A stretch of 64,000 nucleotides of DNA from Callorhinchus milii. Its lineage: Eukaryota. Each line of letters begins with the position of its first letter. Within the stretch, counting starts at the first letter, position 1. Shown here in pieces: positions 13,359-25,092 of this stretch. The notes under the pieces were generated by a model that made no database searches, was not told the DNA's origin, and saw nothing but the letters and a program-made list of their open reading frames with translations. Made by a program: the position numbers and the translations under genes. The DNA is taken from contig NW_024704742.1 of assembly GCF_018977255.1 (NCBI RefSeq), positions 9,240,001-9,304,000 on the forward strand, given 5' to 3'.

Positions 13359-14019
13359 GTTTTTAATGATGATCTCTTTGACGGATCATTTTTCGTATAA
13401 GAACTTTCCTTTCTTCCTTCAGTCTGTAAAATCAGGAAGGAGACAAAAATAAAATCAATCGTTTTACTTTTTGAATGAAGCAGCAATGTATTTTCAAAGG
13501 ATTTTAAATTATTCAGATGAACCGAGCATCTTATCTCTGGGCTCAGTGTATTAGGTGTCGCGTGTTATGGCAGTTTTGATGTGCAGGCTATTAATAGCTG
13601 ACTCTGTCTCAAGACAAACCAAGCAGTAAATGTGTTTCAGCTCCCAAAGGATTCCTCCACAGGAAGAAAATATAAGTAAACGTGACTAAAGTAGCCACAA
13701 AACATAAATCTAGATTTACTGTTTGATATTTCCTTTTACTGCCTTATGGGATAACAGTGCAGTCATTCAGGCTTGGTTTGAGAGGGGGGGGGATATAGGA
13801 TAGATAAGTGTTTTTAAGGCTACAAATCTGCTTTAATGATGTGGGGGGGAGGGGGAGACGATGGGAAAAGCACATTGAACCACAGCAAAAAACTAATCAT
13901 TGCTATTGAAAAAACCTCCGTAACAGGCAATGGGAGGAAAGCCGCCCTCCATAGATTCCAGAGTACTGTAGATATCTACCAATCATGTTCCAGTAGATCA
14001 ATTTTATGTGGATGACGAT

Positions 14020-14085
14020 CAGGGTTGACTCTAGACTCGAGACAAACTAGGCGGCTGCCGAGGGTGGCAGATTTCTGGGCGGGAT
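14020..14085 (+). mobile_element. Possible hAT (Tip100-like) terminal fragment
   Basis: CAGGGTTGACTCTAG...AACTAGGCGGCTGCCGAGGGTGGCAGATTT resembles non-autonomous hAT ends from memory. Confidence 0.3.
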
Positions 14086-14869
14086 GGGTTGCAGTGAGTG
14101 CCTCATGCTGTATATGTAAATTCATCTTTTTAAAGTTGTAGCTAAAGCTATCGAACTTCTAAGGGATACGAGGCGGGCGGCACACTGATGTTTTCAAACG
14201 ATACGGGACGTTACCTCGCGTGGATGTTTGATGAAGTCGTTCACTTTGCAGGTCGCAATGAACCTCGGATTCCCTTGCTTAAAGTTTACAGACTCTAAAG
14301 ATCACTTGGTGCTTTATCACGCAACACCGTGCAAAGGTCACTATCTTAATACAAGTTAGTTTTTATTGAAGCATGCATTGCCCTGTCTTTTGAGCCAGTT
14401 GCGCTTTTTAAAATGATTTTTTTTTGTTATTTAATTGTTTTAATTGTTTTGCATTTTCTTTGATCTCTGTACTTCAGGACAGTTTGTTCAGTATGTTATA
14501 TTAATAAGTACACCATGTCCTCTGGGGATACCATAAGTACTTTTTTTAAAAAAAATTCTTACACAGCTTCTTTTCAAACATTTCTCCCATTGGAGACTAG
14601 ATTGGTTTGCATTTATAGAGTTAAAAATTCTTAAACAGTGACAGAACTTAACAAACTGCACTCAAAAAGTGTTTTAAAAAGTTAAGTTTTAAAGTCTATT
14701 TACTGAATATTAGGCTGAAAGTGTTCACGAGTCCAGGACTATTCTTGGCTAAAAGACTTTGAGCAGATTTTTAACTGAGCACCAGACTGCAGAGTTTTTT
14801 TCTGATATCTGTTCTGAACAGCGACAGGTTACAGACTGATCCAGTTAGAGACTGGATATCATATACAAG

Positions 14870-15055
14870 TAGCTTGGCCAATGCCAGGGCACCAGTGGAA
14901 ACTCCCTTCTGTTTTCCAATAGAGCCATGGGATCTTTAACTTCCACCTGAACAGGCAAATGGGACCTCGGTTTAACATCTCATCCATAGAATGTCACCTC
15001 TGACAATGCACCGCTTCCCCAGTAATGTGTTGGACGTGTCAGCCTAGACTGTGAG
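14870..15055 (-). mobile_element. Deu-SINE fragment
   Basis: GCCATGGGATCTTTAAC..CACCTGAACAGGC..CCTCGGTTTAACATCTCATCC. Confidence 0.75.
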
Positions 15056-15550
15056 TTAATTCTCCTGGTTCACTTTATTGGCACCCAGTTCTCCAAAGCA
15101 AAGCAATGTAAAATGGGCTATTTTATGACCAATTCAATGATTTGTCACATTGAATCTGTTATGAAATGTTGCAACGTGAAAGGCACTATACAAATGTAAT
15201 TTTGTCAATTTTCAATGACTGTCATGGATTCTGTAGGTTAAACCCACCAGCTCATGCAACCTCCTAACAGTCATAATAGCATTTAGTTATCCTACTCTGT
15301 GGTGAATATGAATTCAGACCTCTGAGTGTGAAATTAATCTAAATTGTTTGTGGTAACAAGTGTCACGTTGAGAAGCAATTGATTTGAGGTTTCATGGATA
15401 TTGTTGTTCAGTGGTGTGGAATGTGCAGAATTACTTTGTGTTTTTGAAAAAAACACTTTGAGATTAAAAATCATAATTGAACTTCAGTCAATTATAATTA
15501 GTCACTTAGTTTGAGTGTTAAAAAATGCTGCAAGTGTATAGTGAATAAAC

Positions 15551-15805
15551 ATGCCTCTGCTTATCTAACAGTAAGTGGGAACCCAGTTGTTATTCGATTG
15601 GTGGATCGCTTTTCCGGGGGTAATAATCCCTCAAAAAAAATTGGTCACTCAATCTATGGCTATTTGTGGGATGCTGCTGTGCGCAATTGGCTGCCTCGTT
15701 TCGCCCACAAAATACACAGTCACTCCACTTTACAGTATATTCTGTGAAGTGCTTTGAGACGTGTCAATGACGCGATAAGGCGCTATGTCAAATGCAAGGA
15801 TTATT
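15551..15805 (+). mobile_element. SINE, headless (CORE-Deu-tail)
   Basis: Matches the other long-form copies. Confidence 0.85.
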
Positions 15806-15939
15806 AAAAGGATTATTATTTACTGCAGCGAATAACCTTCCCTACATGAGGGTGGGCTCCATTTAGTATTTGACTGAAACAGATGGAAGAACTACATATA
15901 AAGTGGAAGTAGTACAAGGCAACTTGCCAGATCAGTGAT

Positions 15940-16262
15940 GTGGAGTCCTGTAGCTCAGTGGTTAGAGCGCTCGCTTTGCAAGTGAGAGACCTGAGTTCAA
16001 TTCCAGGCAGAGGGCAAAACCTTGGGCAAGTTTCCTTACTCCACACAGAGCCTAATAATAATCCCTCCAAAACCAAATCAATAATAAATTGGTCATTTTC
16101 AATCCACGACTGTTTGTGGGACACTGCTGTGCGCAATTGGCTGCCGCGTTGCGCCCACAAATATACAGTCAATTCACTTTACAGTGTGTTCTGTGAAGCG
16201 CTTTGGGTCGTCCTCCCGACGTGAAAAGCGCTATATCAAATGCAAGGATTATTATTATTATT
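15940..16262 (+). mobile_element. Full-length tRNA(Ala)-derived SINE, young short subfamily
   Basis: A box TAGCTCAGTGG, B box GTTCAATTCC, Deu block, hairpin and (ATT)n tail. Confidence 0.95.
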
Positions 16263-17035
16263 AGGTGCCATGCTTTTCTGTCTCTTCCCCCACTTTCTTT
16301 TCTGCCGCATGCGCCTGTCTGTGCGGTGCTGGAGCTCTTCCCTATGCTAATCAGATTCTTCCCTAGTGGATGGACAAGTAACAGTGAGCTGATAAGTAAT
16401 ACTGGGGATAGTTTCATTTGAAGATTTAGACTCTACTGCAGTGATCACCATTTTTGAATGAGTATTGAAGTCGACTTCAAACTCTCCTGCACCAGAGCTG
16501 GTCAGCACAGTTGGCATCATTTATGGTCATTTCTCCAATGAGTCGCTTACACCTAAACAATACATATGAGTAAAAGGGTTATCCTCGCCTATTTCTACCT
16601 AGGTGATGCTTGCTGGAAAATTTCAGAACATAATAATAAATAATATACAGTCTATACAGGCTGTTCATCGTTTGCCAACAATCTCCCAGGCCCAAATAAT
16701 TATACAGCGCACAGCCACTATGCTAGGCCATCCAAACAATTAGCCATTAAAGTAAGAACATCGGTCAGTCATGCTTCTGACAACAGCAATTTTATGTCAG
16801 AAGAGGCAATGGGTTCTATGCTGTAAGCGATGATGGGGGAAATTTTATATAATTTCTTAATTAAGAAATCTAAGCCTCTTTCCATTAACCAGATGTCACT
16901 CCAATTTGAAGGTACCGTGCTCTAACCGACTGGAGTGGCATTCCTACCAGTCAGGGTCACGGACTACCAGGATCTCCTAATTAAGAAACACTGTGCAAAT
17001 CAATTCCAATATTACTACATTGTAAAGAACACTTA

Positions 17036-17362
17036 ACTCGCAGGCGAGAGGACCTGGGTTCGATTCATGGGCAGGGCGAAACGTTAGGCAAGTTTCCTTA
17101 CTCCACAGACATGCCTCTGTTTACCTAGCAGTAAGTAGAATCCCAGTTGTTAGTCGATTGGCAGATCACTTTTCCGGGTCTAACAATACCTTGAAAAGAA
17201 AATAAATAAAACTAAAAAATAATAATAATTTGGTCACCAATGCATGACTGTTTGTGGGACACTGCTGTGTGCAATTGGCTGCCGCGTTTCGGCTACAAAA
17301 TATAAAGTCAATTGACTTTCTAATATATTCTGTAAGTGCTTTGAGGTGTCTTGAAGATATGA
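17036..17362 (+). mobile_element. tRNA-CORE-Deu SINE
   Basis: Long form, 5' clipped. Confidence 0.85.
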
Positions 17363-17367
17363 TGATA

Positions 17368-17661
17368 CTAATAATAATCCTTGCATTTGATATAGCGCCT
17401 TATCATGTCTTTGAGACATCTCAAAGTGCTTCACAGAATATACTGTAAAGTGAATTGACTATATTCTGTGGGGAATTTTTTTTTGAGGTATTATTACCCC
17501 AGGAAAAGCAATCCGCCAATTGACTAATAACTGTGTTCCAGCTTACTGCTAAGTAAACAGAGGTGTGTAGAGTAAGGAAACTTGCCTTACTTTCACCTTG
17601 CCCGGGAATCAAACCCAGGTTCTCTTGTTTGCGAGGCAAATACTGAAGCCACTGAGCTACA
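17368..17661 (-). mobile_element. tRNA-CORE SINE with internal deletion, tail-to-tail with the previous copy
   Basis: Tail, CORE-like block and head on the reverse strand. Confidence 0.85.
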
Positions 17662-18274
17662 CTGAGTCCTGTAGCTCAGTGTTATTACAGAAATAACACA
17701 ATAATCAACATAGCCATCACAAAATGGGCTGCTTCAAGATTACATAGGATAGTGCTAGCTTCAACTTAACATTATATAAATGAGTTTCAATGTTACTGTA
17801 GCTGGATTTAATTTAGCGTTGAAAAATCGTAATGATTCGATTCAAAGCAAGGGTACATGCTTGGCAATGTTAGCATTTGCAGTCTGTAGGAAGATAGCGA
17901 TCATATGCATTCAGCATGAAGTCTGCATTGGATAAATTCAGTGTAAAAACAAATGATCTCTTTAATCAGGAGTCAGATTAACCCGTATGGAAATGATTCC
18001 ACCTTTCTCCTCCTGCAGGTGCTGAGTCAGGTCTCTGGAGCACTCTTTGGCAGTCATTTATTGTCTTCTCTCTGCCTGCTTTGGTTGAAAATCTTTCCCC
18101 AGTTTCCGGGTAAAATCTTTCACTCACTTGGATGTTTATGGGTGTAAAATTTGTGGTGTTTGATGATGTATTCATGTGATGATTGATTATCACAAGGAAA
18201 TACATTTTGAAACTCTGCAAATTCCACCTCTATATTTCTCAGATTTTTGCTACATCTTTATTGTTAATGATAAC

Positions 18275-18555
18275 AAATCCTTGCATTTGACGTAATGCCT
18301 TATTACTGTCATTGAAACATCTCAAAGTGCTTCACAAGATTTTCTGTAAATTGCAGTGACTGCATACTTTTAGGAAAATGAAACAATTTGCGCTCAGCAA
18401 TAACCCACAAATAACCTTGAGGTGAATGATCAATGATAGCTGGGGGATCATTAGCCAGGACGTCAAGAGAACTTCCCTTCTCTTGATGTATGGCTTCATA
18501 GTCCACCTGAACAGGTAGACAGAACCTTGGCTTAAACGTCTCTTCCAAAGGACAA
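18275..18555 (-). mobile_element. Deu-SINE
   Basis: Tail plus GTCCACCTGAACAGG..CCTTGGCTTAAACGTC. Confidence 0.65.
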
Positions 18556-18654
18556 AGAAGTGCTCTCCTGGATCATGAACTCAAAGTCTTGACAAAATTT
18601 CCATGTGTTGGTGGCATATGTCTGTGGAATTCTGTCTGTTTTAATACTCTTAAG

Positions 18655-19300
18655 CATGGTCAAATATTAAAAGGAGTGAAAGAGCAGTCGGATTTGGGGG
18701 TTAAAGTACATCCATCCATAAAGACGGGAAGGGAGGTGGACAAAGCTCTCATGAAAACGTCAACAACAACAAATTACATTTGTATATTACCTTTCACGTC
18801 AGGAGGACGGCCCAAGATACTGAATGGTCAGGCATCTGGATGAGAGCTGGGGTTTGGGATCAGTAGGAGTGGAGGACAGATGTGTGTCTGTTTAACATAT
18901 ATATTACTGGGCCTTTTTCTGTTGTAGCAAAGAAGATTGAAGGGTGATCTGATGGAGGTCTTTAAAATTATGGGAGGTTTTGATGGAGTCAATAGGGAAA
19001 AATTATTACTCTTGTTGATTTTGTGACTAGAGGATATCAAATTAAGATAGATAGCAAATGGGGAGGATAGAAGACATTTTTTCACAAACGGAATAGTTTG
19101 GGTATGGAATTTCCTGCCAGGAGCGATGACTGAGGCAGAATTCATATTAGGGAACTAGATAATTACCTAAAAAGGAGTAAGCTACAATGATTTGGGGAAA
19201 GACAAAGTAAATGGGACTGAAAGGATTGCTCTAAAAAGAGCCAGCACAGACATGAAAGGCCAAATGGCCTTCTTCTGCGCTGTAAATTTCTATGGTTTCT
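18655..19300 (+). mobile_element. CR1 3' fragment interrupted by an L2 tail (about 18760-18875, minus strand)
   Basis: GVKEQSDLGV, RLKGDLMEVFKIM and WNFLP remnants; CR1 3' UTR. Confidence 0.75.
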
Positions 19301-19332
19301 CTGGTCCTTCAAAAAACAAACAAAAAAAGCAA

Positions 19333-19522
19333 CAATTTGGTCACTCAATCCACGACTGTTTGTGGGACACTGCTCGCACAATTGACTGCTGTGTTTCACC
19401 CACAAAATATAGTCAATTCACTTTATAGTGTATTCTGTGAAATGCTTTGAGACGTCTCAACAATGGTGTGATAAGGCGCTGTATCAAATGCAAGGATTAT
19501 TATTATTAATTATTATTATTAT
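19333..19522 (+). mobile_element. SINE 3' half
   Basis: Deu block and tail. Confidence 0.85.
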
Positions 19523-20142
19523 GGTTCTGTGGTAATGGGTTCCTGGGTGTCAGACAGGCGAACCAAAAAAAAGGAAACTTTAATATCCTATGTACATACG
19601 TTAATACGTGGATTATAATAGACCTTGGCAACGATTCATTACCTATTTGGCAATGATTCATTATATTTTGGGAGTAATCCATGGCTTTTGGGGACTGTGA
19701 ATCGTGCTCTTAAAGGAGATGGTTTCAGCAAACTGAGTTTCTCATGGTGTCCTGACCAACAATTCCCCATAAATAAAATTGCTTACTCTCTCCATGGATA
19801 TTTGTAGGATATTGCTGTGTGCAAATTGTCTGGCACACTCACCCCCAAAATGCACACAATCAGACTACACTATAGGTTATTCTGTGAAGCTGTTTGAGAC
19901 ATCTCAACAACATGATAAGGTGCTATACCAAATGGAAGGATTTGTAGTGATGTGTAATTGTACTCGTGGAGCAAGTGCCCACAGATTATTTTCAATATAT
20001 GATCAGCCTCAGGGGGTGGAGGCTGGGACTATCCTGCTCTATGTGGGTCACTCACACAGTGACGGAGTTACTATAATTTACAGTATATCCTTTGAGACTT
20101 GCTCCCAATATGAAAGCCGTTATTCAAAATTTCGAAGATTTC

Positions 20143-20585
20143 GAATTCAAGATCCTCATCCTCACCTACAAGGCCATTCACGGCCTTGCTCCCTCCTACC
20201 TCTCTGACCTACTATCCCCCTACTTACCTGCCCGTACCCTCCGTTCCTCTGGCTCCGGTCTGCTCCACCCCCCCCCGCCCTAACCGCCCTACCATCGGTG
20301 GACGGGCTTTCAGCCTCTCAGCCCCTAGGCTCTGGAACTCCATCCCCCAGTGCCTTCGCCGCTTCCTCCCTTTCCTCCTTCGAGGCCGGTCTCAAGACCT
20401 TTCTCTTTGACCGTGCTTCAGCTCCCCTCTCGACTCTCTACCCCCCTCCTCGCTCCCTCCCTCCCTTCCCTCCCCTCATCCTGACCATTTCCCCCCTTGC
20501 TCGGGTCCCGACCCAACTGTCCAGCACCTTGGGACATCCTCCCGATGTGAAAGGCGCTCTATAAATGCAATCTTGTTGTTGTTGT
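20143..20585 (+). mobile_element. Young 5'-truncated L2, same subfamily as the full-length copy
   Basis: [20 protein letters not shown]; highly similar to 48466-48950. Confidence 0.92.
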
Positions 20586-20659
20586 TCTTATAACAATAAT
20601 TCTTGCATTTGATATAGCGCCTTATCACCTCTTCGAGACATCTCAAAATGCTTGGCACA

Positions 20660-21243
20660 ATAACAACAACAACAACAAAATTACATTTGTATAGCCCCTT
20701 TCATGTTGGGAGGATGTCCCAAGGCGCTGGATGGACAGAGTTTCGTACCCGAGCTGAGGATCGATGTGGGGGAAGGGGGAAAGCAGGGGGGAAGCAGGGA
20801 GATCGAAAGCACGATCTAAGAGGAGGGTCTTGAGGTGGGTCTTGAAGGTGGCAAGGGAGGGGGCGAGACGGAGGTCCAGGGGATGGAGTTCCAGAGGGTG
20901 GTTGCAGAGTGGTGGAAGGCCCACCCGCCGATAATGGGGCGAGTAAGGCAGGGGACGTGAAGCAGGCCAGAGTCCACTGAGCAGAGGGAGCAAACCGTAT
21001 GGTAGGGGTTTAGGAGGTCGGAGAGGTAGGGGGAGCAAGACCATGGAGGGCTTTGAAGGTGAGGACCAGGATCTTGAACTGTATCCTCTGTGTGATGGGA
21101 GACCAGTGGAGTTGGGCAAGGATGGAGGTGATAGGGTCGCAGAGCCTAGTGCGGGAGAGGACATGGGCTGCAGAGTTCTGGATGATCTGTAGCCTGTGGA
21201 GGGAGGAGTTGGGGAGGCTGACAAGCAGTGAGTTTGCGTAGTA
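20660..21243 (-). mobile_element. 5'-truncated L2 nested in a SINE
   Basis: YANSLLVSLPNSSLHRLQIIQNSAA...LHW; the tail reads (AAC)n on the plus strand. Confidence 0.9.
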
Positions 21244-21338
21244 ACTGTGAAGTGAATTACTGTATATTTTGTGGGTGAAACGCGGCAGCCAATTGCACAC
21301 AGCAGTGTCCTACAAACAGTTGTGGATTGAGTGACCAA

Positions 21339-21353
21339 GTCTGTGTGTCTGTG

Positions 21354-21386
<33 letters not shown>

Positions 21387-21450
21387 TTATTTATGTATGT
21401 GTGTCATTTTGTATTTATTTATTTGTTTGTTTATTTATTTTATTTATCTA
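21339..21450. repeat. (TCTG)n and (TTTA)n microsatellites
   Basis: Seen directly in the sequence. Confidence 0.9.
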
Positions 21451-22259
21451 TTTTGGAGGGATAATTGCCCCGGGAAAGCGATCCACCAATCGACTAACAA
21501 CTGGGTTCCTACTTACTACTTGGTAAACAGAAACATGTGGAGTAAGGAAACTTGCCCAACGTTTCGCCCTGCCAGGAATTGAACCCAGGTGTCTCGCTTG
21601 CGAGGCGAGTACTCTAACCACTGAGCTACAGGACTCCACATACCAAATGGAAGGATTATTTAATTTTTATTATCAGCTCTTTGATAACGTTGACACATGC
21701 TCATTTTTGATACTTGTGTAGAGCAGGATAAAAACAGATGATAATGTTCTTTCTTGGCTGATTGCTTTGATTGCAGTACAAAGATGGTATAAGATGACCA
21801 CAAATGCAGTCGACGAAAGTGGGGAGAGAGATGGGCTTATCAGAACATCAGAGATGCATATGGGGAGAAGAATAAGAAAAAATAATTGGACGTACTAAAC
21901 TTTTTTTAAAAAAATCTTTGTTTCTCAACTGTCTCTTGGCACCAGTGTTGTGCGGAGGAGTTAGTTCCATAGAGTTTGCATTTGCTAGTGCTTCTCCCAC
22001 ATCTACTTAGCGGAATCCATCCTGGCATACCCTGAAAAGTGCATTCCAATAAAATCTGTCGTCTTCTGTTCATCTCTGTGCTGCACGGAGTTGTGTGGTT
22101 GTATCCTTAATGCAGATGTTCTATCAAGTATTGCATTCATTGTTGTCTCTCCATTTTGATACTCTGTTTTGAGATCTGTATCTACACTGCTCTATTGATC
22201 AAGCGCTCCGGGACACTACCTCGTGTGAAGTGTGCTATAGAAGCTGTTGTTGCTGATAC

Positions 22260-22510
22260 AGATCTCAAATTCAAGATCCTCCTTCTCACCTTCAGATCCC
22301 TCCCTGGCCTCGCTCACCCTATCTCTGCCTACCCAACCTGTCCACTCCCTTCACTCAATGGGCACCAGCCTGCTTCATATCCTCCTCTCCACCATTGGCG
22401 GTTAAACTTTCAGCTATTCTGGCCCCATTCTCTGGAACTCCTTACCAGAGTGCCTCTGACTCGACCCATCCTTCCCCATGTTCAAAACCGTACCTCTTTG
22501 ACCGCGCTTT
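22260..22510 (+). mobile_element. L2 3' fragment
   Basis: FKILLLTFRSL...YLFDRAF. Confidence 0.8.
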
Positions 22511-22519
22511 CTGTCTTCT

Positions 22520-23248
22520 TTCGCTTTCGCCCACAAAACACACAGCCACTACACTTTACAGTTTATTCTATGAAGCACTTTGAGACATCTCGAAGACATG
22601 ATAAGGTGTTATATCAAATGCAAGGATTATTATTATTGTTATTATTACCTTCCCCCTCCCCAGTCCCGTGGCTCAGCGGTTAGAGCACTTGCCTTGCAAG
22701 CGAGACACCTGGGTTCAATTCCCGGCAGGGCGAAACCTTGGGCAAGTTTCCTTACTCCACACAGAGCCTAATAATAATCCCTCCAAAAAATAAAACAATA
22801 ATAAGTTGCTCATTTTCAATCCACGACTGTTTGTGAGACAGTGCTGTGCGCAATTGGCTGCCGCGTTTTGCCCACAAATATACAGTCAATTCATTTTACA
22901 GTCTGTTCTGTGAAGGGCTTTAAGACGTCTAGAAGATGTGAAAAGCGCTATATCAAATGCAAGGATTATTATTATCATTTTCAGCTTCCATTCCCCAAGC
23001 TTGCTTGCCCAGCCAGCAGAGTGAAGAGCTTTGACTTGAGTGGCAGTATATACAGTGATAATAATAATCATAATAATAATAAATTGATCACTCAATCCAT
23101 AACTGTTTGTGGGACACTGCTGTGCCCAATTGCCACATTTCGCTCACAAAATATACGGTCAATTCACTTTACAGTATTCCGTGAAGCATTTTGAGACATC
23201 TCGGAGACGTGATAAGCCGCTATATCAAATACAAGGATTATTATTATT
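22520..23248 (+). mobile_element. Three tandem SINE pieces: 22520-22645, full short-type copy 22662-22975, and 23080-23248
   Basis: Repeated Deu/tail modules and one intact head. Confidence 0.85.
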
Positions 23249-24419
23249 ACAGTAAATGTATGTTGCTTTGTATAGATCTTTACTGACCCCCAGTATTTGC
23301 GAATCAAGCATACATGTATGACATCTGCAACATTCATGGAATTAAAAAGTTTTTTCTTGTTAGATGAATGAATCAGTTTAATTGCATCTTTGCTGCAATT
23401 CACAAGTCGCACAATTATTATTCTATTATAATGGCACGGACTGAGTCCAAGATTCAAAAAGAGCTGAATCCAGCCTAAATGGGATTTCTAAATTACTTTA
23501 CGTTTGGTAGTACATGCCAACTGGAAATCAGGTTTATACTTTATTGATTCAATTATCTGGATTAATTTTAGCTGGAACTGGGTTATCTGTGAGTGCCTGC
23601 CAGTTCTGCAATACTTACTGTCAAAATACATCTAGTTACGGCCCCAGTTTATTGGTTACAGATCGGATCTGTTTGATTTCATTGCCTGAGATTGTGGCGG
23701 ATTACTGCAGAAAAATGATACTGGAAAACGCTGGGTATTGTTGAACAAAATGAATTATTCCATTAGGACTGCGATGGTTGCAAAATTTGGTGAAAATACC
23801 AAAATAGATTGCGACAAGTCAAACTTGATAAAGATATGAAAGAAATGAAGTTCCTTGTACTGGCATTTGTAAGTGTTTTTCACTCTCTTGTGCTTACTTA
23901 GGTTAGGCTAGGCACTTGAGCAATGAGAGTAGGTGGGGTCTATCTTGGAAGTTGTGTTTTTTTGTTTATCCTATCCCGCTGGGGGGGTTGTGGGTAGTGG
24001 GTGGGTGGTGGTTGTGGGGTGGGGGAATGACATCTCCTTGAAGCTGAATTGGCTCCAAGGTGACATGCCTGGCATGGAGTGTCGGAATTGAGCCACAGCC
24101 CTCTGTGCGGTCTCAAAATTTCGGTTCCTGAGCCAGACAAGTCCGCAGTATTCCAAGGCACTGCTGATGACAGCACATTGGCAGGACCTGGAAGCGCAGA
24201 CCAGTCACTGGGGGCAGGGAGTCATCTCACTCAGCTTCTGTTAACCCTGAAAGCCAAAGCCCTAACGGGTGGAGGGTATTCCAGGACTAGCAGTGGGAAA
24301 GCTCACCAGACAGCAATATCGATGGCAAGTTATGTGGTTTTAGTTGGTTAAACTCTAATGCACACTCTGGGGTCCCCAGAGTGATAAGCCGCTCTGGGGT
24401 CCCCAAGCCTTGGCTCTTG

Positions 24420-24590
24420 CCAACCTGTGCATATTTTCTGGAATTAGGTAAGCAGGATGTGTCCCTCCAGAGAGAGAGTGCGCATTCCAACAATCTATCT
24501 CTGGAATTTCCATATGTAGGTGGGATGCATGGAATTCTCAGCTTGGCTTGGAATCTCTTATTCGTAGTGATGGGTTCCCACATGCTGATG
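24420..24590. repeat. Unclassified interspersed repeat; other copies at about 32212-32358 and 51300-51350
   Basis: Shared blocks GGAATTAGGTAAGCAGG and GCGCATTCCA..CAATCTAT.TCTGG.ATTTCCAT...TAGGTGGGATGCATGGAA. Confidence 0.75.
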
Positions 24591-24732
24591 CCCTCCCAAA
24601 AGTGTACTTTTTGTATACACTGGGGGGTCTATTACGTGAGTTATGTAAGTCATGTGTACGAAGGGAAAACTAGGTGAATGTTACAATTAAATCATGAAAC
24701 TCTTACACATGGTTTGCACAACGTGCATTGCC

Positions 24733-25092
24733 AGTCCTGTAGATCAGTGGTTAAAGCACTCGTCTTGCAAGCGAGAGAACCTGGGTTCGATTCCCGGGAA
24801 GGACAAAATGTTGGGCAGGTTTCCCTACTCTACATGCCTTTGTTTACCTAGCAGTAAGTGGAACTGGTTGTTAGTCGATTGGCAAATTGCTTTTCCGGGG
24901 GTAATAATATCTTTAATTTTTTTTATTTGGTCACTCAATCCGTGACTGTTTGTAGGACTCTGCTGTGTGCAATTGGCTGCCACGAGTCGTCCACAAAATA
25001 TACAGTCAATTCACTTTACAGTGCATTCTGTGAAGTGCTTTGAGACGTCTCGAAGACATGATTAGGTGCTATATCAAATCCAAGGATTATTA
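24733..25092 (+). mobile_element. Full-length tRNA-CORE-Deu SINE
   Basis: All modules present. Confidence 0.9.

Larger units (their letters stand above)
20592..21639 (-). mobile_element. tRNA-CORE-Deu SINE split by the L2 (pieces 20592-20655 and 21244-21639)
   Basis: The SINE sequence resumes collinearly after the L2; it also contains a microsatellite expansion. Confidence 0.85.

Noticed and set aside
7938..16262. Recurrent small ORFs such as MESCSSVVRAL and [10 protein letters not shown]
   Set aside because: These are translations of SINE copies, not a gene family.
18001..18115. Strong acceptor CTTTCTCCTCCTGCAG with a short open frame
   Set aside because: Weak donor and unrecognisable peptide; unsupported without RNA data.
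21562..21639. tRNA-Ala-like cloverleaf (CGC/TGC anticodon loop) in SINE heads
   Set aside because: It is always fused to a SINE body, has a 1:72 mismatch and U3:G70 instead of the Ala identity pair G3:U70. These are SINE heads, not tRNA genes.
23801..23873. MKEMKFLVLAF followed by a GTAAGT donor, resembling a signal-peptide exon
   Set aside because: Weak acceptor context, no downstream partner exon recognised and no recognisable protein.
24164..24200. Other CTGATGA occurrences (also near 28726, 37228 and 41867)
   Set aside because: No stem II plus GAAA and no stem I complement, so they are not hammerheads.
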